64,000 bases of DNA. It comes from Candidatus Eiseniibacteriota bacterium (GTDB lineage Bacteria; Eisenbacteria; RBG-16-71-46). Shown one piece after another: positions 9,353-19,336 of this stretch. Location: the NCBI GenBank assembly GCA_963776245.1, contig CAVZLN010000006.1, forward strand, positions 416,001-480,000, in the 5' to 3' direction. Within the stretch, counting starts at the first letter, position 1. Every line of letters starts with the position of its first letter. Below the pieces are notes generated by a model. The model was given only the letters and a program-made list of their open reading frames with translations, was not told the origin of the DNA and did not search any database. The translations under genes and the position numbers were made by a program.

Positions 9353-10579
9353 GTGCCCACCAGCGGATTCCCCGACATCGTCATCGTCTCCGGCGCCCGC
9401 ACCCCGATGGCCGAATGGATCGGCGGCAAGCGGGGCGACGGGCTCAATGGCGGCGCGCTCGCTCCGCTCTCCGCCATCGACCTCGGCGCCGCCGCGGCCC
9501 GTGCCGCCATCGATCGCGCCGGCGTGCCGGCCGGGCGCATCGATCACGTGGTGTTCGGCAACGCGCTGCAGACCTCGGGCGACGCGCTCTACGGCGCCCG
9601 CCACGTCGCGCTCAAGTCCGGGCTCGACGAGAGCACCCCCGCGCTGACGGTGAACCGACTGTGCGGCTCCGGGATCCAGTCGGTCGTGAGCGGAGCGCAG
9701 ATGCTCCTGCTGGGCGAGGCGCAGTGGGTCCTCGCCGGCGGCATGGAGAGCATGAGCCAGGCCCCGCACGTGCTGCGCGGCGCGCGCGCGGGGCTGCGGC
9801 TCGGACCGGGGTCGATGCTCGAGGACGCGCTGTTCGTGGCGCTCAAGGACAGCTTCTGCGGTCTCTACATGGCCCAGACCAGCGACAACCTGGCACGGAA
9901 GTACGGCATCACGCGCGAGCACCAGGACGCGTTCGCGCTGAGGTCGCACGTGCGCGCGAACGCCGCTAATACCAGCGGGCGCTTCGCCGAGGAGATCGTC
10001 GCCGTCGATGTCCAGCAGGGCAAGCGGAGCGTGCGGGTCGAGAAGGACGACCATCTCTTCCCCGCCACCACGCTCGAGCGCCTCGCCGCCCTGCCGTCGG
10101 CGTTCGGTCCCGAGTCCATGGTGACCGCAGGCAACGCCTCCGGCGTGGTGGATGGCGCCGCGGCGCTGGTGGTGACCACGGACGCCAACGCGCGTCAGGA
10201 GGGGCGCGCGCCGCTCGGTTTCGTGCGCGCGTGGGCGAGCGTCGGCGTGGATCCGGCGACCATGGGCTTCGGCCCCGTGCCGGCGATCCGCAGGGTGCTC
10301 GAGAAGGCCGGGCTCGGGCTCGAGCGGATCGACCTGTTCGAGATCAACGAGGCGTTCGCCGGCCAGTACCTGGCGGTGGAGAAGGAGCTCGGGCTCGATC
10401 GCGAGAAGGTGAACGTGAACGGCGGCGCCATCGGCCTCGGCCACCCGTTGGGAGCCACCGGCACGCGGCTGATCCACACCCTGCTGATCGAATTGGGCAG
10501 GCGGCAGAAGCGGTACGGCATCGCTTCGGCGTGCATCGGCGGTGGGCAGGGCATCGCGCTGCTCCTCGAGCGGGGCTAG
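9353..10579 (+). CDS. Acetyl-CoA C-acyltransferase (thiolase)
   Basis: NRLCGSG, TAGNASG, EINEAFA, GHPLGATG, CIGGGQG; AGGAG RBS before GTG. Confidence 0.95.
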   Translation: MPTSGFPDIVIVSGARTPMAEWIGGKRGDGLNGGALAPLSAIDLGAAAARAAIDRAGVPAGRIDHVVFGNALQTSGDALYGARHVALKSGLDESTPALTVNRLCGSGIQSVVSGAQMLLLGEAQWVLAGGMESMSQAPHVLRGARAGLRLGPGSMLEDALFVALKDSFCGLYMAQTSDNLARKYGITREHQDAFALRSHVRANAANTSGRFAEEIVAVDVQQGKRSVRVEKDDHLFPATTLERLAALPSAFGPESMVTAGNASGVVDGAAALVVTTDANARQEGRAPLGFVRAWASVGVDPATMGFGPVPAIRRVLEKAGLGLERIDLFEINEAFAGQYLAVEKELGLDREKVNVNGGAIGLGHPLGATGTRLIHTLLIELGRRQKRYGIASACIGGGQGIALLLERG

Positions 10580-10648
10580 CCCCCTGGCGGACGGCCGCGA
10601 CGGACCACTTGTCCGCACGCGCCGGTTCGGCTAAACCTCCAGACTCAC

Positions 10649-11854
10649 ATGGACCCGCACGCGCTTCGCCCCCGCCCCGCCATGGCCTGGCTGCGGCTCG
10701 GCACCTTCGCCCTGCTCGCGCTGCTCACGTGCGGCGCGACGACGCCCCCCTCCCCGCGTCATGCCACTCCCCCGGCCACGCGCCGCGCCGCGCGCGCTCC
10801 GGCTCGCGCCGCACCGGCCGCGCCGCCGCGGGCCGTGCCGGCGATCGAGCGCGGGAAGGAGGCGCGCGTCGCCGAGGAGAACGGCCTCTACGCCCGCGCC
10901 GCGGCCGAGCTGCGGACGCTGCGCGCCGGGGTCGCCCCGGATGCCGACCTCGACCTCGCACTGGCGCTCGACGAGGCGCGCTGCGGACGTCTCGACTCGG
11001 CCGCCGTGCTGCTCGGGAGCCCGCTCATGGACCGCGCGCTGGCGGATTCGCTCCCGCTCACGCGGCGCCGGCTGCTGCCGTGGGTGCGCGAGGGGCTGTG
11101 GGTGAATGGACGATTCGACGGCTGGCACTGGTACGTGGCGCGCGCGCGCTTCGAGGTGGCGTACGAGCAGCGGCGCTGGGACGACGCGCGGCGCGCGGCG
11201 CAGGCCTGCGTGGCCGCCCGCCCGCTCTCGGGCGCGGACTGGCTCGCGCTGGCTCTCGCCACCGCGCGCGCCGGGGACGACGTGCAGGCGCGGGACGCCG
11301 CCGAGCGCGCGGCAGGGCTCGATCCCGCGCTGCCCGAGGCGCAGTACGTGGTCGGGCTGTACGACTGGCGCGCGGGACGGCGCGCCGAGGCCCAGGCGCG
11401 CTTCCGTGCCGCGGTGGCGCTCGACTCGCTCGAACGCGGGCCGGCGCTGGCGCTGCTGCACGTGCGCATGCCGGGCGGCGCGCCCGACTCGCTGCCCGCG
11501 ACCTTCCTGCGGGGGGCGCGCGAGGTGACGATGCTCACCTCGCCCGAGCGCCCGAAGTTCGAGGAGCTGGTGCAGTTCGACACCCCTGCCCACCTCGCGC
11601 AGTCGGCCCGGGTCCCGCTCGACAGCGCGTGGGTGGTGCGCATCCACGCGACCGAGATGCTGCTGCCGGTGCTGGTCGACGAGCGCGGCCGCGCGGTCGC
11701 GCACACGCTTCCGTGGCTCACCGAGGACCGCATCCCGGGGGCCGCGGTGGCCGCGCTGGTGGGCTCGCTGCCCGGGTGGAGATTCACGCCGGCGGTCCGC
11801 GGCGGCATCCCGCAGCGCGCGTGGGTCATCCTCCCTTACCGACTGGATCAGTGA
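10649..11854 (+). CDS. Exported TPR-like protein with a C-terminal TonB_C-like domain
   Basis: N-terminal hydrophobic segment, Pro/Ala linker, TPR-like helices (AAGLDPALPEAQYVVG), C-terminus LVDERGR...WRFTPA..GGIP..AWV.LPYRL. Confidence 0.6.
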   Translation: MDPHALRPRPAMAWLRLGTFALLALLTCGATTPPSPRHATPPATRRAARAPARAAPAAPPRAVPAIERGKEARVAEENGLYARAAAELRTLRAGVAPDADLDLALALDEARCGRLDSAAVLLGSPLMDRALADSLPLTRRRLLPWVREGLWVNGRFDGWHWYVARARFEVAYEQRRWDDARRAAQACVAARPLSGADWLALALATARAGDDVQARDAAERAAGLDPALPEAQYVVGLYDWRAGRRAEAQARFRAAVALDSLERGPALALLHVRMPGGAPDSLPATFLRGAREVTMLTSPERPKFEELVQFDTPAHLAQSARVPLDSAWVVRIHATEMLLPVLVDERGRAVAHTLPWLTEDRIPGAAVAALVGSLPGWRFTPAVRGGIPQRAWVILPYRLDQ

Positions 11855-11888
11855 TCCGCGGCCCGAGCGCCGCGGGAAAGGAGCCCCG

Positions 11889-12965
11889 ATGACCCGGTCG
11901 TACGACATCGCCGTGATCCCCGGAGACGGCATCGGTCCCGAGGTGGTGCGCGAGGGCCTGCGCGTGCTCGAGCGCGTCTCCGCGATCGAGGGGTTCACCG
12001 CCCGGCCCACGCACTACCCGTTCGGCGCCGAGCACTACCTCAAGACCCGCGAGATCTTCCCGGACGGCGCGTTCGAAGAGGTGAAGCGCCACCGCGCCAT
12101 CCTGCTGGGCGCGATCGGCGATCCACGCATCGAGGTCGGCCTGCTCGAATTCGGGATCATCGCCAAGCTGCGCTTCGAGCTCGACCTGTTCGTCAACCTG
12201 CGCCCGGTGAAGCTCTACGCCGAACACCTCTGCCCGCTCAAGGACAAGCGCCCCGAGCACGTGGACTTCGTGGTCGTGCGCGAGAACACCGAGGACGCGT
12301 ACGCCGGCATGCGCGGCTTCTTCAAGAAGGGCACGCCCGACGAGGTCGCCACGCAGGAGATCATCTTCACCCGCAAGGGCGTGGAGCGCGTGGTGCGCTA
12401 CGCCTTCGAGCTGTGCCGGCGACGCGCGCGGGGCCGTAAGCTGACGCTGGTGGACAAGGCGAACGCGGTGCGGGCGATGGACCTGTGGACCCGCACGTTC
12501 GCCGAGGTCGGCGCGGAGTACCCCGACATCACCCGCGAGCACAACTACATCGACGCCGCCTGCATGTACGTGGTGAAGAACCCGGAGTGGTTCGACACGG
12601 TGGTGACGAGCAACATGTTCGGCGACATCTTCACCGACCTCTCGGCGATGATCCAGGGCGGGCTCGGGGTGGCCGCGAGCGGCAACATCCATCCGGGGCA
12701 GGTGAGCCTGTTCGAGCCGATCCACGGTTCGGCGCCCAAGCACGCCGGCCGGAACGTCGCCAATCCCATCGCCACCATCATGGCGGTCCAGATGATGCTC
12801 GACTTCCTCGGCGAGGCACGGGGCGCGGCGCGCATCGAGGGCGCGGTGGCGGGGCTGCTGTCGTCCCGGCGGCTGCCCGCCCTCGGCACCGACTCGGGCC
12901 TCTCGACCACCGCGGTGGGCGACCTCGTGCTGGCCGAGCTCGAGCGCGTCGAGGTCTCCGCCTAG
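11889..12965 (+). CDS. leuB: 3-isopropylmalate dehydrogenase (beta-decarboxylating dehydrogenase family)
   Basis: [49 protein letters not shown]; substrate not certain. Confidence 0.75.
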   Translation: MTRSYDIAVIPGDGIGPEVVREGLRVLERVSAIEGFTARPTHYPFGAEHYLKTREIFPDGAFEEVKRHRAILLGAIGDPRIEVGLLEFGIIAKLRFELDLFVNLRPVKLYAEHLCPLKDKRPEHVDFVVVRENTEDAYAGMRGFFKKGTPDEVATQEIIFTRKGVERVVRYAFELCRRRARGRKLTLVDKANAVRAMDLWTRTFAEVGAEYPDITREHNYIDAACMYVVKNPEWFDTVVTSNMFGDIFTDLSAMIQGGLGVAASGNIHPGQVSLFEPIHGSAPKHAGRNVANPIATIMAVQMMLDFLGEARGAARIEGAVAGLLSSRRLPALGTDSGLSTTAVGDLVLAELERVEVSA

Positions 12966-13140
12966 GCCCGGAGTGCCGTGCGCGCCCCGGCGGGCCGGGG
13001 GTCCGGGATTCCGGCCTTGACCGGACCGGGGTCGGGCGGGAGAGTGTCCGGGCGCCGGCCGCGGTCGTTCGAGTCCGTTTCCCACACGGCGGTGGGCCAC
13101 CCCCGCTCGCGGCGTGAGCGGGACGCACAGGAGGTGCGTG

Positions 13141-13224
13141 ATGCCGCGCATCCGCAGCATCCTCTACCTGGTCTCGATCGCGTTCCTGCTGGTCGTGCTG
13201 TTCGTCGCGAGCCCGCGCCTGTAG
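13141..13224 (+). CDS. Small 27-aa single-pass membrane peptide (missing from the ORF track)
   Basis: AGGAGG 6 nt before ATG; MPRIRSILYLVSIAFLLVVLFVASPRL; third codon positions all G/C. Confidence 0.65.
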   Translation: MPRIRSILYLVSIAFLLVVLFVASPRL

Positions 13225-13234
13225 GCGCGCGTCC

Positions 13235-13666
13235 TCACGCGTTGCTGTCCTGGTCCGGGGACAGGAAGCGCTCGACCCAGCGATAGCCTTCGAGCACGAT
13301 CAACGCCAGCACGGTGCCGGTGATGGCGAGGCCGTAGGCGCGCAGGCCCACCGCGACGCCGATCGCGGCCACCATCCAGATGCTCGCCGCGGTGGTCAGG
13401 CCGTGCACGTAACCCTCCTGGCGCAGGATGCTCCCCGCTCCGAGGAAGCCCACGCCGGTCACCACGCCGTGCACGATGCGCGTGGGGTCGATGCCCCGGC
13501 CGCCGAACTCGGCGGCCGCGTGCGAGGTGAGCAGCACGAACAGCGTCGAGCCCAGGCACACCAGCGTGTGCGTGCGCAATCCGGCGGGCTTGCGCCCCAT
13601 CTGGCGCTCCCATCCGAGGAGCGTGCCGAGCACCGTCGAGACCAGCATGGCGACCAGATCGTTCAT
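13235..13666 (-). CDS. MgtC/SapB family membrane protein, N-terminal domain only
   Basis: LGWER...KPAGLRTH, DPTRI...GVGFLGAGSI, GLTTAASIW; GGAGG RBS. Confidence 0.92.
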   Translation of the reverse strand: MNDLVAMLVSTVLGTLLGWERQMGRKPAGLRTHTLVCLGSTLFVLLTSHAAAEFGGRGIDPTRIVHGVVTGVGFLGAGSILRQEGYVHGLTTAASIWMVAAIGVAVGLRAYGLAITGTVLALIVLEGYRWVERFLSPDQDSNA

Positions 13667-13726
13667 GGAGTCCTCCGTGTCCCCGGATCCCCGCCCCGCG
13701 GCGGTCGCCGCGCCGGGGTGGCCGCG

Positions 13727-14527
13727 CTAGCGCCGCACGAACTTCGCCGGGCGCTTCTCGAGGAACGCCTTCAGCCCTTCGTGCATGTCGTCGCTCGCCG
13801 CCACGATCCCGAAGCGTCCGCTCTCGAATCGCAGGCCCTCGACCAGCGGCAGCGACATCCCGCGCACCACCGCCTCGAGCGCGGCTTCGACCGCGAGCGG
13901 CCCGTTCTTGAGGATGGCGAGCGCCAGCTTCTCGGCCTCCGCGAGCAGGTCCGCCAGCGGCACGACGCGGTTCACCAGCCCGATGCGCTCGGCCTCGTCG
14001 GCCTTCACGCGGCGCCCGCTGAGGATCAACTCGAGGGCGCGTCCCTGCCCGACCAGCCGCGGCAGGCGCTGGGTGCCGCCGTACCCGGGGATGATGCCGA
14101 GCCCGACTTCGGGCAGCCCGAGCACGGCGTTCTCGGACGCCAGCCGCAGGTGGCAGCCGAGCGCCAGCTCGCAGCCGCCGCCGAACGCGTAACCGTTGAC
14201 GGCCGCGATGACGGGCTTGGGGGAGTGTTCGAGGGCGTCCGCGACGCGCTGCCCGAAGCGCGAGATCGCCTCGGCGCCGCGCGGGTCGAGCGCGGCCAGC
14301 TCGTTGATGTCCGCGCCGGCGATGAAGGCCTTCTCCCCGTCGCCGGTGAGCACCAGCGCCCCCTGCTCATCGTCGGCGACGAAGCGCCCGACGGCGTCCT
14401 CGATCTCGGCGAGGGTCGCGCGATCGATCGCGTTGAGCACGGCGGGGCGGTTCACGAACAGCACGGTCACCGGCCCGCGTCGCTCGATCCGCAGGTTCCG
14501 GTAGGTGGGGCTGGTCGAGGTCGTCAT
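13727..14527 (-). CDS. Enoyl-CoA hydratase / crotonase
   Basis: NRPAVLNA, AFIAGADI, AVNGYAFGGGCE, PEVGLGIIPGYGGTQRL, EGLKAFLEKR. Confidence 0.93.
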   Translation of the reverse strand: MTTSTSPTYRNLRIERRGPVTVLFVNRPAVLNAIDRATLAEIEDAVGRFVADDEQGALVLTGDGEKAFIAGADINELAALDPRGAEAISRFGQRVADALEHSPKPVIAAVNGYAFGGGCELALGCHLRLASENAVLGLPEVGLGIIPGYGGTQRLPRLVGQGRALELILSGRRVKADEAERIGLVNRVVPLADLLAEAEKLALAILKNGPLAVEAALEAVVRGMSLPLVEGLRFESGRFGIVAASDDMHEGLKAFLEKRPAKFVRR

Positions 14528-14737
14528 GGTCGGCTTCCGGGTGAAAGGTGGCGATCCCGATCTCGCTCGGGAACGCGTACGGGATGGGTGCGCGCGGGGG
14601 CGATCCCGCGGGAGCGTTCCGCCCCCGAGCGGGCCGCGCCCTCCCGGCTCGCTGACGCGCGTCGGGAGCCGCAGTATAGGAACCGCGCGCGCGCAGCGGC
14701 AAGCGGGAGGCGCCGGGCGCCGCTCGGGTGACCGTCC

Positions 14738-14766
14738 TTGTGAGCGGATGTGCCGCGCCCTAGAAT
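14738..14766 (+). promoter_or_regulatory. sigma70-type promoter for the PP2C-mtgA pair
   Basis: TTGTGA-17 nt-TAGAAT. Confidence 0.5.
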
Positions 14767-14811
14767 CCCGCCCTCCCCCGGTCGCCCTCTCATCCCACAG
14801 GCGGAGACCCG

Positions 14812-16146
14812 ATGAACGAGCCCGCACGCCCCGGTGCGCCCAGCGCGCAGCGCCTGATGGCGGAGTTGCAGTTCCTCTCCGAACTCGCCCAGGTGGTCGC
14901 GGCGCGCACCGAACTCCAATCGATCCTCGATTGGATCGTGAGCCGCACCGCCCTCCTGCTGAGGGCCGACGCCGGCTCGATCAAGCTGCTCGGCCCCGGC
15001 GACTCCGGTCCGATGGCGCGCACCCAGGCCCGCACCAAGAAGTCGGCCGAACTCGAGTCGGGCTCGTGGCCCCGCGTGTTCACGCTCAACGTGATGGGGC
15101 ACCTGATGCTCCATCCCGAGCCGCTGGCGAGTCCCGACCTCACCGACGATCCGCGCTTCGCCTCGCTGCGCGGCCATCCGGCCCCCATCCGTGCGGTGCT
15201 CGCGGTGCCGCTGCGGGTCGAGAACCGCATCACCGGACTGCTCGCGGTAACGCAGGCCGGGCCCGGCCGGCGCTGGAGCGAGGACGAGGCGTCGCTGCTC
15301 GCGATCGTCGCCTCGAGCTCGGCCGGCGTGATCGAACAGGCCCGCCTGCGCATCGAGGCGCAGGACAAGCAGCGCCTCGAGCTCGAGAACCGGCAGCTCG
15401 AAGCGGAGCGGCGGCGCATCGAGCGCGAGCTCGAGACCGCGCGGGACATCCAGATGAGCCTGGTGCCCGAGGAGGCGCTGCGGGTCGGCCCCTGGGAGGT
15501 GCTCGGCCGCGTGGTCCCGGCCCGCCAGGTGGGCGGGGACGCGTTCGACTACTTCGCGCTCGAGGGCGGGCGGCTCGCGGTGGCGATCGCCGATGTCTCG
15601 GGCAAGGGCGTGCCTGCCGCCATCCTGATGGGGAGCGTGCAGGCGAAGATCCGCGCCCACTGCACCGGCCACGCGCCGCTCGAGCAGGCGGTCGCGGGAG
15701 TGAACCGCAGCGTCGCCGCGCGGGTGCCGGCGGGCAAGTTCATCACCCTGTTCTACGCCGAGGTGGACACCGCGGCGGGGCGGCTGCGCTACTGCAACGC
15801 CGGGCACAACCCACCCCTGCTGCGCCGCCGCGACGGGACGCTCGAGCCGCTGCGCGAGGGCGGCCTGCCGCTCGGGCTGTTCGCCGATGCCACGTACGCC
15901 GGCGGCGAGACGAGTTTCGAGCCCGGCGACGCGCTGCTGCTCTACAGCGACGGCATCACCGAGGCGTTCGACACCCACGATCAGGAGTTCGGCGACGAGC
16001 GGCTGACGGCGTGGTGGGCGGCGCGGACCGAGGTCGCTCCGACCGGCGTGGTGCGGGACCTGATGGCCGAGGTCGAGCGCTTCCGCGGGAGCGCGGCGCA
16101 GAGCGACGACGTGACCGCCGTGGTCGTGGCGGCCGTCTCGACGTGA
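14812..16146 (+). CDS. GAF-domain PP2C (SpoIIE/RsbU-type) Ser phosphatase
   Basis: GAF (DDPRF, LAVPL), coiled coil, ARDIQ, VGGD, IADVSGKG, NAGH, YSDGITE, DDVT. Confidence 0.92.
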   Translation: MNEPARPGAPSAQRLMAELQFLSELAQVVAARTELQSILDWIVSRTALLLRADAGSIKLLGPGDSGPMARTQARTKKSAELESGSWPRVFTLNVMGHLMLHPEPLASPDLTDDPRFASLRGHPAPIRAVLAVPLRVENRITGLLAVTQAGPGRRWSEDEASLLAIVASSSAGVIEQARLRIEAQDKQRLELENRQLEAERRRIERELETARDIQMSLVPEEALRVGPWEVLGRVVPARQVGGDAFDYFALEGGRLAVAIADVSGKGVPAAILMGSVQAKIRAHCTGHAPLEQAVAGVNRSVAARVPAGKFITLFYAEVDTAAGRLRYCNAGHNPPLLRRRDGTLEPLREGGLPLGLFADATYAGGETSFEPGDALLLYSDGITEAFDTHDQEFGDERLTAWWAARTEVAPTGVVRDLMAEVERFRGSAAQSDDVTAVVVAAVST

Positions 16147-17021
16147 GTGCGCGGCGGCGCGGCGGCGTGGGGGGCGCCCTGCGCGCGTTCGCCGGCGTGC
16201 TGGCCGCCGCGCTGCTGGCGATGGTCGGCTGGGCATGGCTGCGCGCGAGCGCCGCGGACGTGGCGGCGCTGCGCGACAACGTGCCGCGGCGCACCGCGAT
16301 GATGCTGCGGCGCGAGGCCGAGGCGCGCGCCGCGGGCCGCGCGCCGCGCACCCTGCAGCGCTGGACCTCATACGGGCACATCGCCCCGCTGCTGCGCCGC
16401 GCGGTGCTGGTCGCCGAGGACGACGCCTTCTTCCAGCACGGCGGGCTCGATTGGAGCGAGATCCAGGCGGCGGCGCGCCAGGACCTCGAGAAGCGCCGCT
16501 TCACGCGCGGCGGCAGCACCATCACCCAGCAGCTGGCCAAGAACCTGTGGCTCGGGCCCGAGCGCACGCCGTGGCGCAAGCTCGAAGAGGTGTTCCTGGC
16601 GCTGCGGCTCGAGCGCACGCTGTCGAAGCGGCGCATCTTCGAGCTCTACCTGAATCTGATCGAGTGGGGCGACGGGGTGTACGGCATCGAGGCGGCGGCG
16701 CGCCGCTGGTACGGCGTCTCGGCATCCGAGCTGGACGCCCGGCAGGCGGTGCGGCTGGCGGCCGTCATCATCAACCCGCGGCGCTACGCTCCCGAGGCGC
16801 CGTCGCGGCGCATCGAGCGCCGTTCGCGATTGATCGCCACGCGCCTGCATCGGCGCGGCGCGCTCGACGACACGCAGTACGCCCTGGCGGTGGGGCTGCC
16901 GGCGCCGGCGCCGCCCGCGGAAGGGCTCTCGACCGGCGGGGACGAGCCCCCACCGGACGCGCTCGAACAGGCGGCCGCCGACAGCTCCGCGGCTGACACC
17001 GCCGCGGCGCGGGATCGGTGA
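16143..17021 (+). CDS. mtgA: Monofunctional peptidoglycan transglycosylase
   Basis: EDDAFFQHGG, RGGSTITQQLAKNL, RKLEE, KRRIFELYLN, GVYGIEAAA; GTGA overlap with the upstream stop. Confidence 0.9.
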   Translation: MSARRRGGVGGALRAFAGVLAAALLAMVGWAWLRASAADVAALRDNVPRRTAMMLRREAEARAAGRAPRTLQRWTSYGHIAPLLRRAVLVAEDDAFFQHGGLDWSEIQAAARQDLEKRRFTRGGSTITQQLAKNLWLGPERTPWRKLEEVFLALRLERTLSKRRIFELYLNLIEWGDGVYGIEAAARRWYGVSASELDARQAVRLAAVIINPRRYAPEAPSRRIERRSRLIATRLHRRGALDDTQYALAVGLPAPAPPAEGLSTGGDEPPPDALEQAAADSSAADTAAARDR

Positions 17022-17030
17022 CCAGGCCCT

Positions 17031-17495
17031 TCAGGACGCGCCCAGCGCCTCCTTGACCAGGCGCGACACCAGCGTGCCGTCGGCGCGGCCCTTCAACCGG
17101 GCCATCACCACACCCATCACCTTGCCCATCTCCTTCGGGCCGCTGGCGCCGGTGGCCGCCACCGCTTCGCGCACCGCCTCGCGCACCTCCGCCTCGGACA
17201 GGGCCTGGGGCAGGTAGCGCTGGGTCACCGCGATCTCGCGTTCCTCGGAGCCCACGCGGTCTTCGAGGCCGAGGCGCCGGAACTCCTCGATCGACTCGCG
17301 GCGCTTCTTGGCGTAGCGCTGGAGCACCTCGATCGATTCCTCAGCGCTGAGGGTGGCGTCCCGGGGCTTGCGGGTCTTGGCCTCCATGAGCGCGGCCTTG
17401 AGCATGCGCAGGGTGCTGAGCGTCGCCGCGTCCTGGGACTTCATCGCGGCGGTCATGTCGGTCTGGATGCGTTCGAGGATGGACGGATCGGTCAT
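17031..17495 (-). CDS. GatB/YqeY domain protein
   Basis: MTAAMKSQD..TLRMLKAAL, KKRRESIEEF, YLPQALS, MGKVMG, GRADG. Confidence 0.92.
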   Translation of the reverse strand: MTDPSILERIQTDMTAAMKSQDAATLSTLRMLKAALMEAKTRKPRDATLSAEESIEVLQRYAKKRRESIEEFRRLGLEDRVGSEEREIAVTQRYLPQALSEAEVREAVREAVAATGASGPKEMGKVMGVVMARLKGRADGTLVSRLVKEALGAS

Positions 17496-18598
17496 CGGTC
17501 TCCTCCGTTGTGGACGCCGGCGCGGCACGACGCCACGGCGCGATCGAGGGTCTCGAGGGCGGCCGCGAAGCGCGCGGGATCCCCGCCCAGCGCGATGCGC
17601 ACCGCCCGCGCGTCGCCGAAGAAGCGGCCCGGGGTCACGGCCAGGTCGAACCGCGCGGCCGCCTGCTCCGAGAGCGCGTCGCCGTCCAGCCCCGGGGGCA
17701 TCGGCACCCACGCTGTCGTGCCCGCGGGCGGGCGCACCAGCCGGCACCAGGCATGGTCGCGCGCGAAGGTGGCGAGGCAGGCGTGGTTCGCGGCCAGCAC
17801 GCGGTGCCCGCACGCGCGCAGCGTGTCGAGGTGCGGCGCGAGGGCGAGCGCGAGCGCGACGCTCGGCAGCGCCGGCAGCACGGAGAGCGCGTTCTGAGCG
17901 TGGGCGCAGCGCGCCAGCGCGATGTCGCTCCCGGCGATCCAGCCGATGCGCAGTCCGCCGAGTCCATACGCCTTGGTCAGCGTCCCGGTCGTGACCCAGC
18001 GCGGGCCGCGTGCGGCGGCGGTTCCGAGGGGACGGTCCGAGGCGTCGCGGAAGGTCTCGTCCACCACGATCCACAGACCGCGACGAGCGGCGAGCGCGTC
18101 GAGCGCCGCCAGGTCGCGCTCCTCGAGCGCCGCGCCGCTCGGGTTGTGGAGGTCGGTGAGCACCACCATGCGCGTCTCAGGGCCGACCGCGACCTCGATC
18201 GCCGCGCCCACATCCCCGAATCCGTGCGAGGCCATGCGCGGAAAGGTGCGCACCCGAGCGCCGAAAAGCGCGGAAGTGAGGCGCAGGGGCTCGTAGCCGG
18301 GCGACTCCACCAGCACCTCGTCGCCGGGCCGGAGCAGTCCGGCGAACACGATGGCGTTGGCCTCGCTGGCTCCCGCGGCGACCAGCACGCGTCCGCCCGG
18401 TGCGCCGATCCTCGCGCCGAGCGCCCGCTCGAGACCCGGGAGGACCGCGGCGTAGCCCTCGCGCGGCAGCGTGACGGTGTGCGGCAGTCCGAGGGACTCG
18501 AGGTCGGGCGACATCACCGCGCTGTCGGCGAGATCGTGGGCGTGGCGGCCGCCGTGGGCCTTGCTCCAAGCCTGATGATCGAGTGGCGGATGATCCAT
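17492..18598 (-). CDS. PLP-dependent aminotransferase class I/II
   Basis: PGYEP, HNPSG, VDETF, TLTKAYGLGGLRIGW (PLP lysine). Confidence 0.88.
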   Translation of the reverse strand: MDHPPLDHQAWSKAHGGRHAHDLADSAVMSPDLESLGLPHTVTLPREGYAAVLPGLERALGARIGAPGGRVLVAAGASEANAIVFAGLLRPGDEVLVESPGYEPLRLTSALFGARVRTFPRMASHGFGDVGAAIEVAVGPETRMVVLTDLHNPSGAALEERDLAALDALAARRGLWIVVDETFRDASDRPLGTAAARGPRWVTTGTLTKAYGLGGLRIGWIAGSDIALARCAHAQNALSVLPALPSVALALALAPHLDTLRACGHRVLAANHACLATFARDHAWCRLVRPPAGTTAWVPMPPGLDGDALSEQAAARFDLAVTPGRFFGDARAVRIALGGDPARFAAALETLDRAVASCRAGVHNGGDR

Positions 18599-18646
18599 GG
18601 GCGCCGAATCTAGCACAGGGAAGCGGCCGCCCGCGGACCGCCGTGC

Positions 18647-19336
18647 TCAGCGCGTCGGGGGGATCTCGAGCTCCAGCCCCGCGGTCCAGATCAGGTTGTC
18701 GAGCGTGGTGAAGTCGTAGCGGCTGTTGCGCTCGACCCCCGCGCGCAGCCAGCGCAGTTTGCCGTCGATCGCCCAGCCCACCGTGCGCCGGCTGGCGGGG
18801 ACGACGGTGCCCTGGAGCCAGTCGTTCGACTCGGTGGCGAGGCGCAGCCGCACCGGCGCCGCCCACAGACCGCCGTCCCGCGGATCACGGATGAGCGTGG
18901 CGCTGGCGAGGTGATACGAGCCCCAGTAGTAGTCGGCGCCGGCGGAGAACACGACATCGGTCCGCCCGGACCCCACGATCGGGCTCACCTCGGCGCGGCC
19001 TACCCAGTGCTTCGCCAGCACCTGATCGGTGCCGAGGAAGTACCGCTCGCGGTCGCGCTCGTGACGCCACTGCAGCGTGTACACCGAGCGACGGTGGTCC
19101 CGCAGGTGGAGCCCCACCTCGGGGCGGAACTGATCGGGCCCGCGCACGAAGTCCCAGCGCTCGAGCTGGACGTGGAACGGTCCCTGCACCCAGTACGCGA
19201 TGTCGTCCCGCAGGTCGTTCCCGTTGCTGAAGTCCCAGTAGCGGAACTGGGCCCCGACACGCGCCGATGCCGCCTGCGCCGGGCTGGCGCCGGCGACGGC
19301 CAGCAGCAGGAGCAGGATGGCGGTCCAGGTCCTCAT
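18647..19336 (-). CDS. Small exported beta-rich protein, probable outer-membrane barrel (possibly YaiO-like)
   Basis: Signal peptide [22 protein letters not shown], Trp/Tyr-rich amphipathic strands; ATGA overlap with the GT2 gene. Confidence 0.6.
   Translation of the reverse strand: MRTWTAILLLLLAVAGASPAQAASARVGAQFRYWDFSNGNDLRDDIAYWVQGPFHVQLERWDFVRGPDQFRPEVGLHLRDHRRSVYTLQWRHERDRERYFLGTDQVLAKHWVGRAEVSPIVGSGRTDVVFSAGADYYWGSYHLASATLIRDPRDGGLWAAPVRLRLATESNDWLQGTVVPASRRTVGWAIDGKLRWLRAGVERNSRYDFTTLDNLIWTAGLELEIPPTR

Noticed and set aside
14738..14749. TTGTGAGCGGAT matches the left part of the lac operator
   Set aside because: The right half-site is absent, there is no LacI gene nearby, and the sequence doubles as a plausible -35 element; probably chance.
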